64,000 nucleotides of DNA from Lepidodermella squamata (Eukaryota > Animalia > Gastrotricha), in contig JBLDXI010000033.1 in NCBI GenBank assembly GCA_047495785.1, forward strand, positions 2,873,809-2,937,808, given 5' to 3'. Positions 51,217 to 63,983 of this stretch are shown piece by piece (the stretch's first letter is position 1; each line of letters starts with the position of its first letter). The notes beneath the pieces are model-generated. The model had not been told where the DNA came from. It did not search any database and was given only the letters and a program-made list of their open reading frames with translations. The translations under genes were made by a program, and so were the position numbers.

Positions 51217-52179
51217 TGGAAAACAATACGAAAATATCAGTAGGCATCGCAATGCTTACCTATAAATTGTATGGGTGTACTTATAACGGGTGAATTTTTC
51301 TACTCCAAAATCTTTTGAAAATGACCACACCGTTGGTCAGTTCAAACTTTGGCTTGGGTGTAAAATGTGCAACATGCCTTAAAACACTGACCTACTCTTC
51401 ACATAGTGCGTGTGTTGCTGCGAGTCACTGCCAGTTCACTGCCAGTTCACTGCCACTCGGTTTTTGAGGTAACCGTATCTTCGAAGACGCAGGTACAGCC
51501 GTCAAAGAATTTCGCTTCGAAATTTTTTGATTTAGCATCATAGCGGCTTTTGATGGGGACGCGGTACTTGAAATCGTTGATGCCTTTGCTTTGCTGCCTA
51601 GGTAAACGGTTCAGACACGGAAGCGCTTTCCTGATACAGCTTAATCGCAACAACTGTTATTCTTTATATCTTTAATTCTATAATTCTTTACTTCTTTACG
51701 TTCTTTGCAAACAGGAGAATGAGCATGGCTCAAAAACTACCCGGCCGTTGGCAATGAAATTTTGCACGGAGTTAGGTGGAAAGACGACCCACATACCGTA
51801 AAAATTGCATGACCTGAGAGTAAGTGGTTGTGAAGATATGGGCTTTCCTTTCAGGTGTAAGTTTAAATCAGTTTAAGCACTGTTCTGCGTTGAATTACCT
51901 GGACCCGAAGAGAATTTTGCTGGACCTGCGCCCAATTTTTCCTGAATCTACAGACGCTAGGGCACCCATGAAAATTAAAAACGCCCCGATCCGACTCATA
52001 CTTTTGTCTAATTAATTGCGTCCTTTTAGCCCCACGAAAAAATAATGTTGTGGGGCTATTCGGTCTGCCATTTGAATATGCTAATGAACTGCGTTATTCA
52101 TACGTTCCTGGCTGATTAAAGCGGACTTTTACTTCATTTACAATTTAATTTTTGAATAAGCTGGGAAGACGTTTACTGG

Positions 52180-52641
52180 CCTTTTGATGCGAACGCTGTC
52201 ACGACTTCTCACATCGCGGCGGCATTTGGCGAGAAACTGATGAAGACTGTGGAACTGCGAGGGAAACAGCTGATGTTCGAATTGTCCGACTACGATCTAG
52301 CTGAACGTGCTGTGAAGAACGGCCTGACTGCGAAACCTTTTCTGCTGCGTTTTCGATGGTTTGTCGTTAAGACCCCTGAAGTTATTCAATGCTTTCGCTG
52401 CCAGCGATACGGCCACATGGCGCGAAGCTGTTCTGCTGAAGAAAGATGCCTAAGATGTGGTCGGCCACACAACGTTTCGACATGTTTGCGCGCTGTTAGC
52501 TGCTGCAATTGCGGTGGCAAGCATGCCGCGAACTCGAGGGAATGCCCTCAGCGCCAGCCTTCGGGTCTGGCTGATGCAAACAGCATCTGGGAAAGCGTGA
52601 TTTCGAAAGAAACCGCGCTTTCAAGACGGGACGAGTGGTAA
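52180..52641 (+). mobile_element. Non-LTR ORF1 (gag-like) fragment with three CCHC zinc knuckles (Jockey/I/R1 type)
   Basis: QCFRCQRYGHMARSC, CLRCGRPHNVSTC, CCNCGGKHAANSREC. Confidence 0.85.
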
Positions 52642-53044
52642 CTGGGATTTCTAACGAAATCCTAGTTGCCACTGCTCAAAATTGGGGAAAATTCTTAAGA
52701 ACGGGATAGTTTGGGATTCCAACACGGTGGGGTGGTCCTGGGTGTGGGTGGAGACGGCGGGTGGTTAAGAGGGTCCCACTTGGCACACATGATGACCCCG
52801 CCGGTCCGCACGTGACCTTCAGTCATAGTGACGCTGTAGGGGCGACCTTGATTTGCCCGACCGGCGCGGCTACTGAGCCAAATGCCCCAGTAGGTTAGGG
52901 GGGGGGGGGGGTTTACTGGCCTACGACATTGCCAACTAATTAATTACGACTATAATTGACAAATAATTCAACTAAAAACCAGTGTTTTAGTTTGCTCAAA
53001 TTCTTGTGCATAAAAATAATAATAAAAAAAATTTTGCGGAAAAA

Positions 53045-53135
53045 ATTTGCTCCGCGGCGTGGACTCGAACCCTCGTTTCGTACTTTACTATGCTTTCTAG
53101 AAGCACATTCGAAGCCACTCGACCACTGAACACAG
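53045..53135 (-). repeat. tRNA-derived SINE-like head
   Basis: Minus strand: GTGGTCGAGTGG (A box) ... GGGTTCGAGTCC (B box) followed by a T-run. Confidence 0.5.
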
Positions 53136-53544
53136 CATATTAGTAATATTTGAATTCAATATTTATGTATCATTAATAGCCCCACACCTGCCCGAATAGC
53201 CCCATCCGTGGGGCTAGTCGGAATCCTGGTTCCATTGGAATCAGGACCTTCTGAAACGTGTAAAAATGCAAAAAAATCAGGGGGTAATTTTTTTCGCCGT
53301 CCGGATAGCCCCAACTGACGGTAGTCACCAGTCGCTGCAACTTTTTGCTGGGTTCGACTGGTTTTCAACAAAATTTTTCATTTTTTCGCCTTTGCAACTC
53401 GAAAAATAGCCACCTGCGAGCGAAGCGAGCTTCATCTAACGATAATTCTTCGACTTTTTGGACCAGGGATATGTTAGAGTGAGGGTAAATAAGCAGTGTG
53501 AATTCAAAGACACTGACAAAAAATGCATAAGATCGTAGTGTAGA

Positions 53545-56130
53545 TTGTAGTGACTTATACCACTGGACTCGACATCTTGGAGGAATGGAGACGCGTGCAT
53601 TTTATGAAACTTTCTGGCTTCATTCTAGCTTCATCATTCCAAAGCACAGTTCAATATCATTGAAATTGACGGAAAAAATGGTACCACCGTGCTGCCGTCT
53701 TGCGCGTGCGAGCGATGCAGGCGGCTCGCCTTGCGCACGTGTCGCAGCTCACGATTTTGCGTAGACTTTTAGCCTCAGCAGCTCGCAATATTAAATTAAT
53801 TCGCATTCGTCTAGCAATAACTATAAATAGGACGACCATGAGGTTTTAAATCGAACGAGACGTTCAAGGCTATCAATCCTCAGATTCGCTTTTCTTACAT
53901 TAATTACGGTTGACGAGTTATTCAGCTAGACAAACATTTTTGATCCAAACGAGTCGAATTAAATCTACGGTGTGGCTATTGGCACATGAAATTTTGCATT
54001 CAACTGCTTTCGGGAGTTTAATTCATAGATACCAGCATTTCAACCTTGTGTTAGCACTCTAGGGGCGGCGAATTTCCACTAAAGTGGCTTATATATGTCG
54101 TAGCAATTTATAAGCAATTTAGTTGGATTGGGAATCCAACTAGTTTTTTGCCAATTTGCTCAAAAAACTAGTTTAATATCTTGTAATATTGGATCCTATT
54201 CCAAACATTTGGATCAAATGTCAAACTATTATGCAATTCGGCGAAAATGTAGAGAACTCTGAAGAAGGTCGGGAGTAGTTTTCCAGGATGTTCAGTCTCT
54301 TTTTTTTCGCTGAGAGTGCAAGGACTCCACCTAAAATTTAATTTTCCAAATTGAAATATGGCGCAAAAATACTCAAAAATGCATTTCTAACACTGTTTGA
54401 CGCTATCAATCGAGTTGGTTGTTCAAAACCTCAGCCCCTCTACACGGAGGTAATGTTTTGCGCAATAAATGTATTTGATTGCCTTAAAATCTAGTTTTTG
54501 AAAGGTTTGCCCATTAAACTAGTTGGATTCCCAATCCAACTAAATTGCTTATTAGACTACGACATATACCATGGAATAGCCCGTAGAATGCTGCATCAAG
54601 CTATGCAATTTTTTCCGTTGAAAATTACAGCTCATGAAAAAACACGCGATACCACGCGGTCGTTTTTGCGTTTTCGCGTTTTACCTTGGGTGTGTCTGTG
54701 TGTGTGTGTGTCGCACTTCCTTCAACCTGAAGCCACTTGCCAAATGACTACTCCGGTTCTGCCCTGCCCGATAATTCTTAAAATATGTTCAGTACTGAGT
54801 TCGCGCAGGCTTGGAGGAATGAAGGAGTAGAAACGGGCGGATTTAGCATTTATAGCACTTATTAAGTAGCTCCGTAAACTCGGTTTCTCGGCCGCCGGCT
54901 GAGCAGTTCATGGCGGTCGGTTGGCTTTTCTCAAAAGAATTGCTGCAATGCGGCCAGATGCCTCGTTTCGCACGATCATAACCCGAAAATCAGCCTGTTT
55001 TTCACTGTTTTCAGCCAAAATTATGCTAAATAACGTTAGCTAAAGCTCGCTTCACTCGCACACTGCTTTACTGGGTCCAATGCGACAGTCATGAGCATTT
55101 TTTCCTAAAATTGGGTTATTTAGGAAGGGCAAAAAATTAGCTTGAATTGAAGATAGGACCCGCGGGAGTAGTCGCAGTGCCGAGGAGATGAAACCTAAGG
55201 ATCTTGTGGTCTTTTTTTAGTCGTAGGATTTGATGGAAAAGCGATATCATAATTATGACTCAAAAATGAAAAACCAGTCGCCTAATCCGACATGTTTCAG
55301 CTTTTATTCAGCCATCTTCAGGGTCTGACAACAAGTAAGGAAATCAACAATCAAGTTTCGAGACTAATATTAAAACAAGTTTACCAATTTTGTCACCAAT
55401 CGTTTTTTCCGTGTAATTATCAAAAATTAATCAAAAGAATCAAAGATAGAAATCATGATCTATTAAAATAAATTGTATGAGTAATTATTTGTTACAGTAG
55501 TTATTAAGGCTAGGGTTACTTGTGATCTTGTGGTCTTTTCAGCCTTATTGTCATTGACATCTCGAAGCTGGGGTGTCGCGACACGCCAGCACCTCTGAAT
55601 CCGTGAGTCCCAAATGGGGTCCATTGAGGAAACAAGTTTTAGTACCGCTAAAATAATGGCTTCTCTTGGCTTCTCTGGGAAAGCAGTTGCCTTAGTTGTC
55701 GTCGACGTTTTCAAGGCCTGTGGAAATAATTAAAACCTGCCCCTACTAAGCGCAACTTTGCTCTCGTGTGCAAAAATTTGTTAGAGAACAATTTACTTGA
55801 AGCTTGACAAAAATTTGCGGCCGATAACAGACCAATTCCAATGTTATTGCGGCTGGAGAAGGGTCGAATTGTACCTGTGGCCAGAGCTTCCCGGCCGCCA
55901 AAAATGCCGACGGTGAAAAAATAATATACGCTCATTATTATAACCAAAGCGCGTCTTTTTTTACATCTCATTTTTCCGGATCATAAAAAAGCGCCGGGGA
56001 CAGCCTCCGCTGCTGGCTCGGCAATGCGCTATGGCCATCCGACATTTGGAGTAATAGTACATTCCTCCAAGCACTTTATAGGCTCGCAACCTCGGCTGCT
56101 CTTTTCTTGCTTCTTAGCTGCGGTAGCGCT
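53545..56130. repeat. Dispersed non-coding repeat, copy 2 (inverted relative to 17985-20670)
   Basis: Collinear reverse-complement blocks listed under copy 1. Confidence 0.85.
54092..54568. mobile_element. TA-flanked MITE inserted in repeat copy 2
   Basis: TATATGTCGTAG..TAAGCAATTTAGTTGGATTGGGAATCCAACTAGTTT is mirrored at 54516-54568; empty site at ~19895. Confidence 0.8.
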
Positions 56131-56630
56131 CGATAAACTATAATAGCGCTCGATAAACTATGCCGTTATTTCCTTGGAGGAATAGAGATGGAGTGAGCAC
56201 TGCCTCTTATCAGCGCGTACTATCGTTGGACAAATCTCTGCACTCTGCACTCTAACGGCCAATCAGCTCTCTAGCGTCCCTAGTTGTTGCTTAGTTATCA
56301 AGGCTCGCCAAAACCAATGGCTCGCAAATCCTGGCACGCGTGCCAATCGTTTTAGTTTGAGAATACCACAAAACAAAACAAATAGAGTACATTCGCCTCA
56401 AAGAATTGTGGGAAAAGAGTTGAGCCTCTTGAGTTGGTGGTACTCATGGCAGTTGGCTAAAAAAACCTGATCAAAAAATTGCTCGTGGCCTGTTCTGCCT
56501 GTTCTGCAGCGCTGACGCAACGACGGCGAATAAATAGGGGAGCAAATTCTTATTAGAAAATGAGTAAAATATTTAGTGGAAGAAATGAGGTGGATTTTTT
56601 CTACGAGTACAGCTGTGTCAGGATAGTAAC

Positions 56631-57100
56631 TTATTTATTTATTTATTTATTTAATGAGCATAATATCCAGGAATGAAGCTCGATAGTGAAAAAGAAAGTG
56701 CAGCCGCAGTAGAGTAGTCAGAGTGCCATGATAGTATCAGTTCCGTTTCAGGTTTCCGGTGAATTATTTTATGATTTTTTTATATTAGAATTATTAGAAA
56801 AAGCGAATGGGTTTTTCAGGAGTTCCAGGTGAGTTTGTTGGCGGCAGCTATTAGCCGAGATAGCACTTCGTGCATCAGTAGACAGATTGTTGAATAGTAT
56901 TGCCCCTCGATACGCCAAAGTCTTTTGACCCTGTGCCGATGTTAAATTAGGGACAACGAGCGCTTGTGTGAACTGACTACGCATCATTTTTTGCGTAGGG
57001 TCAAACATCTTGCGAGAGAACAGATTCACAAGACTTTCTGCGGGGCTTCGCCATTCACACATCGCCACACCAATGTCGCCAGGTGCAAATCGCGTTTGCC
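56631..57100 (-). mobile_element. CR1/L2 LINE 3' end with (AAAT)n tail
   Basis: GQKTLAYRGAILFNNL C-terminal motif; (TTAT)n at 56631-56652. Confidence 0.7.
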
Positions 57101-60100
57101 TTGCATAACTTCAACTTTCTCCAGCTGATTTTCCTTATTTTACGGGCTTGTGCCATTTAGTCGTGTTGAATGCCACCTGGAATAAGCTGGAATTTTTCTA
57201 ACCAAATTTTCCCACCGCCTTCCACGAATTTCCAGCTATTTCCAGCTTCGGTTTGAAATTCCAGTCATCTCCAGCGTAAATGCCGATATGGGAATTGCGT
57301 GAATGGAACACTTTTCTACGCAGTCGCGGAGGCACTTGCGCCAGGCTCGCAAAAATTGGAACGCACTGCGCTGAACGCTGAACAACTGCGCCGACTATTG
57401 CCCGATAGACACTTGAGACTAATACTTTTAAGCCTCAAGGATGAACCGACCCGCCGAGTTGACATGGTTAAACGTGAAACCAGCTCGGATGAAAGCATGA
57501 AACTGATTTGGGACTCTTTCTTAGATTTATCGAATGAGTATCTACATTTGAGGCTGCTTCTTTTGAACTGCGCAAATTCGGAAGCGTATTCTTTTTTTAC
57601 ATGAAATTTGGGTCCTGATGAGCTGATTTTTGGACCAAGGACTGTAATTCTGTCGTAAATAAGTCTTCTGTAAATTGTATACTTTCAGCGTATGTACGAT
57701 TAGCCTTGATAGCACTGAATTTCAGCCATCATTGAAACTTCATTTGAGAATAAAATATGCAAAACTGAAAGTGCAAAACTTTTTGAAGGAGCCACAAAAA
57801 ATCTCTCGCTTCCAACAATTTATGCTTACCTGCGCCTTTTGGCATGTCAAACGCTGAAACTTGGCAGGATAACGTCATATAGATCATTCAATTCTTCAGC
57901 ACTGTTGCTTAAACTGTTCCTTATTTTGAATAAAAACCTGCGTTTCAAGTGCTTAATTTCTCCCCGAAAAAATCTGCACGCAAATGCTTCCTCGTATGAA
58001 ATTTATTATAATCTTCTCTTACATGTGCCATAATTGCGCGGCGATCAAATAGAACAAATTATCAGAATGAGAGTGTAAGATCGCAACAAAATAAATAAGC
58101 AAAGTTTATTGTTTTGGCCTAGCGAAAAAAATTAGTTACTATAAATACAAAGATTCAATTTTTGGCGGAACTTCAGAGGCCGCATAAGACCGGGTGAATC
58201 GAGTGAAAATATTGCCAACGTAAATATTGCCAAAGCAGCGTCGAGAATAGAAGCCCACACATTTATACGACCAATTACATGAAAACACGAAAACACGAAA
58301 TAATGACAACAAATGCGGAGAATAAAAATTCGAAATATGCATATTAACATGAGCAAAAAATTGAGCAAAGTCCGGAAATAATAAATCGAATCGTGTATCG
58401 TATCCCGATGACTTCTTATACAAAAAATGCGTGAGATATGTGCTCGATCAAAATCAGAAGCAGCAATATAAGGAAAGAGCACTTCGCAGAAGAACATCAT
58501 AGCAGCAGAAAAAACTAAATTTCCAGGGCAGAAAACCAAAATATTCAAGATATAATAGTAAGTATTACGGCAAGTGATGACGATGCTGCTGCTGTTGCTG
58601 CTGCATGAAGAATGAAGACAAACAAAATCGAGCATCAAGAATCTCAAGCAAAGTTGCAAGTATAAGACCACTTGGCGTCTGGCGTCAATTAAAGTTTGTT
58701 CCGCATTAAATGAATGAGGAACCACGGCCATTAATTGCATGTTATCTGCATAGCCGAATCTAAGGTGTGGTGAGTGAACAGATGAATGCATAAACATTTG
58801 TTTATCGCTAGAACGTGGTTGCGCATGCGCATGCGAACAAGAGGGTGAATCGTCGTTCCAACATAAATCATCAGCGACCCATTCAAATTGTTGATGTAGT
58901 ACAAAACATTGACGACGCAATATTCATCAAGCAGGCCGAGTTTCGCCCAGCGACCGGAATTCGTGAAGCAACAATTTCGATTAACCAGCGATGACACCGC
59001 GGCGAATAGTACGACTTATACGTTTCCGCGTATATGTTCTTAAATTCGGGTTTTTTTCGTGAAACTAGCAATCGCTTGGAAGAACCGTTTGAGTCATCAA
59101 CCGCACGATCGGACAAATTCAGCAATGTCTGCTTCAGATCATGCAGGACAGGAATGTGACACCAATGAGAATCTTCAGGGCGAAGCAAATACGAAAATCG
59201 ATTAAATCAGCGCGAAAGATTTCATTTCGCTGTAAATTCAGCATTTTGCTCGCTCAAATCCGATCTATTACTACATCTTGTCCTTCGAGTTTAACTGCGT
59301 GGCCCACCTTACTGACAAACTCCGCAGCTTTTGCAGGAGACTCAAATTCGAGCATGGCTACTTTCCGCGTAGATGCCGATGTTTGCGCGAAAGCAATGTT
59401 AACAATTGGTTGGTGCCAGCCAACCCTCTACAGAGAAGCCCGAGAATTTCATCCTGCGTTGTCCTCAGCTCAACGTTGGCCTTAGAGATTAACCGCTCAG
59501 AATCCGCTTAGTTAGCCAAAAGTAGTGTTGTTCCATTTCACTTAGGTGACTTGAGCGTTGGAACCGCTGTAGATGAAACAGCCGACGCTGCCGACGTTCC
59601 AACTGAAGGTGATGAGCTAGATGATGAAGGGTCAGCAGAAACGTACCATCAGCCCTGTTGTTGGTACAGCCGAGGCATTTGAAGATTTGTCACGACCTAT
59701 TTCCATCATATAAGAAAGCTTAAATATTCCGATTCATAGGTTGTATATCTAAATTTACCCTTGAAAAATTGCTTGCTGCTGTGTCAACTTTCGCCACGTA
59801 GTTATTTTCTCCTTGCCTGTAAAATCGACAAATCATAGCAAAAATGAATCTTATGCTCATTTTTTTTACCCTTAAAAACGCCAACACCGCCGGATCTTGA
59901 CGAAATTTGTAGCTTCTGCCACTCGACAGAAATAAAGATGTATAGAATCAAACTCTGATGATCAATGCGAAGTCATCAGCCAGAAAACGATGAGAAGAAT
60001 ATCGCTCTGGTTGTCTTGGTTGAAACGATCGTTTCGCCCACTGGAGACTGGAAATATCCTGCAATCGTCAAGTTTCACCTCTGTGTTTCATAAGGTACCG

Positions 60101-60269
60101 GCACTGAGCAAAAAGAGGCGTCGCGCAGGCGCAGAAGATATCACACTGCTGCCGATCATAGAACTCAAGCGTAGCATAATTTGTGTAAGAGGCGAACTGG
60201 CTGATGAAGGCGTACATCAGGTCCAGGAAATGCGGCTTGAAGCTGCGCTAAGTCGCAATTTGCTTTCGG

Positions 60270-62327
60270 TGCTTGTTGGCGTCCAGTTTGCAATAAGAGA
60301 TGATCGTAGAAGAAATAAAACCCTTTGTAACAAGTGGAAACCTAAACAGTAGGAAGAACAATCATCTTTGAATGACAGCAGGTACAGGTACAGTCGGCTC
60401 ACGAAATCAGTTTGAACTAAATCGAGAACACGTGTTCAACTCGCCGGTGGACAAGCTTATGGGCTTTCCCCAGTTGGCAAGGTTCACAGACATACTGAGA
60501 AGATTTTTCTTAATTAAACCGTGAGTGGACATGCGTTTGACTTCATTCACATTCAAGTGCACTAAACGTTCATGCCACTTTTTGAACGCTCGCGAGTTGA
60601 AGCCATGAAGTACAAGACACGGTCCGGTGTGAAGGTTATATCCTGAAGGCAGTCATCGAGTGATCGGAATTTCGCTTCATACTTTAGAGATTTTTTGTTA
60701 TAAGCATCCGAGAAAACAGTCACAATATATTTGTTTTGTGCATATCTAAAGTTCATAATAAGCCTTATTATGAAGCAAGGGCGGTATCGCAGAACGTGAT
60801 TTGAACCGAGTATTAACATAAGAATAGAACAAGCTCAGAGAGCGATCGGAAATAGTGGCATCATCAAATCTTTCCTTTTCAATTCGATAGGCCTTTTGAT
60901 AGGAGCTTCTAGCAGCACGATATTCCGAATTTTCTGATGGCAACACTCCAGAACTGTTCAATTTAGAGGACATTTACGCAGATTTCTCAGCCGACCGCGC
61001 AAGTCCAAATTCATCTACGGAGCACTCTTCGCACTACGATGTTTTCGTCGAGGCACAAACAGAAAGAAACACAGGTATATAATTCTGAGAAGACGCATGT
61101 AGCACACATCTGTGGAAGCTGTGTTATCAATGATATAGCTCCAGTCATATTGGTTAAGAAATCGATGAAATTCCAATGAGTTCATTGTAAAAAAATTGAA
61201 AACCCGAGCAATAGACGGTGAAGACACAGTTGAAACAATGCTTTTGAGGAGAAGCAAGCAGTCAGGAGAAGAAGGCAAGCAGGTCGAAGAAGTAGATGGC
61301 GTCGCGCTGGCGACTGGTACGCCACGCACATACCAAAGCTTGCCGATCAAATCAGCCATGACAATGGATTCCTCACCTATCAACCACGCTACAGTGTCTA
61401 CCTTCAAAGACAACTTTCTTTCCTGATAAGACGAGCACGCTACAGTGTCTACCTTCAAAGACAACTTTCTTTCCTGATAAGACGAGCACGCTACAGTGTC
61501 TACCTTCAAAGACAACTGTCTTTCCTGATAAGACGAGCTGAGTTACCCTTAAGAGATTTGCGGATAGATTCGGAATATAATTCACATTTCTCTCTAATGA
61601 CGCTTTGCACCAGGAGTAGTAGGAAAACAAAAGGACATTCCACCAATGCTACTTGAAGGCAAAAAGGTACCATCACCGATTTTAAATCTTTTTGCTTCAG
61701 ATTCATGTCGAATAGAACTCAGAATATAGCAATAGTGGTTCGCAGTAACATTCTCACTAAATCCACTGTCAACTAACCAGCGATGGTCGAGTATAGGTGT
61801 TGGCATCGGAGTTGGCATGGATGAGAGGGCATAATCACGAGCAACTTTATTTAACAAAATGTTAACATGCGCATGTAGGAATAGACAATCCCGTGCACAA
61901 GAAAGAAATTTTCTCGGCGTTCAAAGCCATCGTACAGCTTGATTATCCCTGTCGTGGCATGTGCGGTGAAAGTCCATTAGTCCTGAAAACTGAATTCGCT
62001 GATCGATGCAATCGGAGCATTTTCTTCGATGAGACGCCTCTTGCTACGCAGCTCGAAGATTTGGAGAATTTTTTCGCGTAACGACGTCAAAACAATAAAA
62101 TTGGCAAAGGTACAAAATGCTCAATTCGCCACACCGCCACAACGCCGAATCTGCGCAGTTGTTTCTGTCAGGTCGAGGGCGAACGATCAAAATGTCTTGC
62201 GCTGGCAAAATGTGAAATGTTCGAATCGGGAGGCTGGGCGAAAAAGTTCGTGGACAAAAACGCGACATGATTGAAGCAAAGTCCAATATTGCAGACTACC
62301 GCACTGTCTCCTGCTGCAGAAACGTTT
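60270..62327 (-). mobile_element. Ty1/copia-like element, copy C (gag, protease and integrase remnants)
   Basis: WLVDSGFSENVT protease site, KIGDGTFL, VNYIPNLSANLLRVTQL, YLLSFKDDCS. Confidence 0.8.
61385..61537. repeat. 51-bp tandem triplication
   Basis: CACGCTACAGTGTCTACCTTCAAAGACAACTTTCTTTCCTGATAAGACGAG x3; single unit in copies A and B. Confidence 0.95.
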
Positions 62328-62579
62328 GCTCTTTATTTCTTTAATCCGCAGGCCGTAAGGACTGTGTCTTATCCCAGGGGAAAAGTTGCCTGCAGAAGGT
62401 ACCTTGCCAAAACAAGGCGAATATTGACGGGTCTTCTCGGTCCCCGAAAATTTTGAAAATTGAAATTTGAAAATTCTAGGTTTTAATTTTGAAATAATAA
62501 TTTCCGCTATTTCTTTACGGAATAATATAAAATATTAGTAAATTTGAAAAATAATTTTAAATCTACTGTGAAAACGTAG

Positions 62580-63346
62580 CGCGCTAATTTATTCAAATCT
62601 TTTGCGGGAATCTGCGGTGATGTTCATCCAAACCCCGGCCCGAAGTGCCAAGCTTGTGCTAAACCTTGTAAAACCGATTACGTCCAGTGCATTGGTTGTC
62701 AAATTTCTTACCACAAAAAGTGTATAACTGATTCGGAACTTGGAAATGGCCCAGTGAGTGGCTGGCTCTGTGCATGCTGTGCTAGCTGCAGGTGTAAGGT
62801 TTGCGATGAAGCAGCAGTGGAGAAGGTGATTGAGTGCAGTTCTTGCCTAACGTGGTGGCATTACAAGTGCGTTAAAATGTCATCGAAGACCTTCGGCCAG
62901 CACCAGAAAAACGCTAATCTATCATGGCAGTGCCCCGTTTGTAAGGAGATGGGCGCGGATAAGAACACCGAAATTGCAACGGCCGATGCCCAAGAGGCCA
63001 TAAGATCGTGCCTGGCCATTAAACCGACCAACAAATGGCATGACTTGATCGGCTGGCGGGAAAGCTTCCCATCATGTGTATTGACAGCCCAGTTCAACCT
63101 CAACGGCCTTCTTGTACTGGAAAACACACGTCTTCAAGAGGTAGCCGACTTCATCTCAACCTACAAACCAGACATCGTCTTTCTTTGCGAAACCAAAGTT
63201 CCTCCTGGCAAGCTAACCACTATGGTTCACAAGTACTTTCAAGGCTATGTGTTGCACTCGAATGGCCGCAAAAAAGGGGCCGGAGGAGTAGCTATACTCC
63301 ATCGCTTGCCACACGAGATCGAATCTGGTCAAATCAAAAATACTTT
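62580..63346 (+). mobile_element. Non-LTR retrotransposon ORF N-terminus: 2A-like peptide + two PHD fingers + APE endonuclease, truncated by the telomere
   Basis: Frame is open from 62580: CGDVHPNPGP, CQAC..CIGC..HKKC..WLCAC, CKVC..CSSC..HYKC..WQCPVC, QFNLNGL, PDIVFLCETK, GGVAIL. Confidence 0.9.
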
Positions 63347-63383
<37 letters not shown>

Positions 63384-63982
63384 GGTTAGGGTTAGGGTTA
63401 GGGTTAGGGTTAGGGTTAGGGTTAGGGTTAGGGTTAGGGTTAGGGTTAGGGTTAGGGTTAGGGTTAGGGTTAGGGTTAGGGTTAGGGTTAGGGTTAGGGT
63501 TAGGGTTAGGGTTAGGGTTAGGGTTAGGGTTAGGGTTAGGGTAGGGTTAGGGTTAGGGTTAGGGTTAGGGTTAGGGTTAGGGTTAGGGTTAGGGTTAGGG
63601 TTAGGTTAGGGTTAGGGTTAGGGTTGGGTTAGGGTTAGGGTTAGGGTTAGGGTTAGGGTTAGGGTTAGGGTTAGGGTTAGGGTTAGGGTTAGGGTTAGGG
63701 TTAGGGTTAGGGTTAGGGTTAGGGTTAGGGTTAGGGTTAGGGTTAGGGTTAGGGTTAGGGTTAGGGTTAGGGTTAGGGTTAGGGTTAGGGTTAGGGTTAG
63801 GGTTAGGGTTAGGGTTAGGGTTAGGGTTAGGGTTAGGGTTAGGGTTAGGGTTAGGGTTAGGGTTAGGGGTTAGGGTTAGGGTTAGGGTTAGGGTTAGGGT
63901 TAGGTTAGGGTTAGGGTTAGGGTTAGGGTTAGGGTTAGGGTTAGGGTTAGGGTTAGGGTTAGGGTTAGGGTTAGGGTTAGGG
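63347..63982 (+). repeat. Telomeric (TTAGGG)n array, G-strand running toward the end
   Basis: About 635 bp of TTAGGG with rare single-base variants. Confidence 0.99.
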
Positions 63983-63983
63983 C

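Noticed and set aside
57613-57640. Second hammerhead ribozyme (CTGATGAG)
   Set aside because: No properly placed GAAA box or stem II
58132-59500. Multipass membrane protein gene on the minus strand
   Set aside because: Broken across frames with no recognisable family; at most a decayed fragment
61385-61537. CRISPR-like array
   Set aside because: Head-to-tail tandem copies with no unique spacers, in a eukaryotic context
62328-62450. HDV-like ribozyme at the 5' end of the terminal LINE (GCAGGC/GCCTGC, CCTTG..CAAGG-CGAAT)
   Set aside because: The P3/L3 spacing is too long and there is no G-U start pair; it reads better as a minus-strand LINE 3' tail ending in AATAAAG
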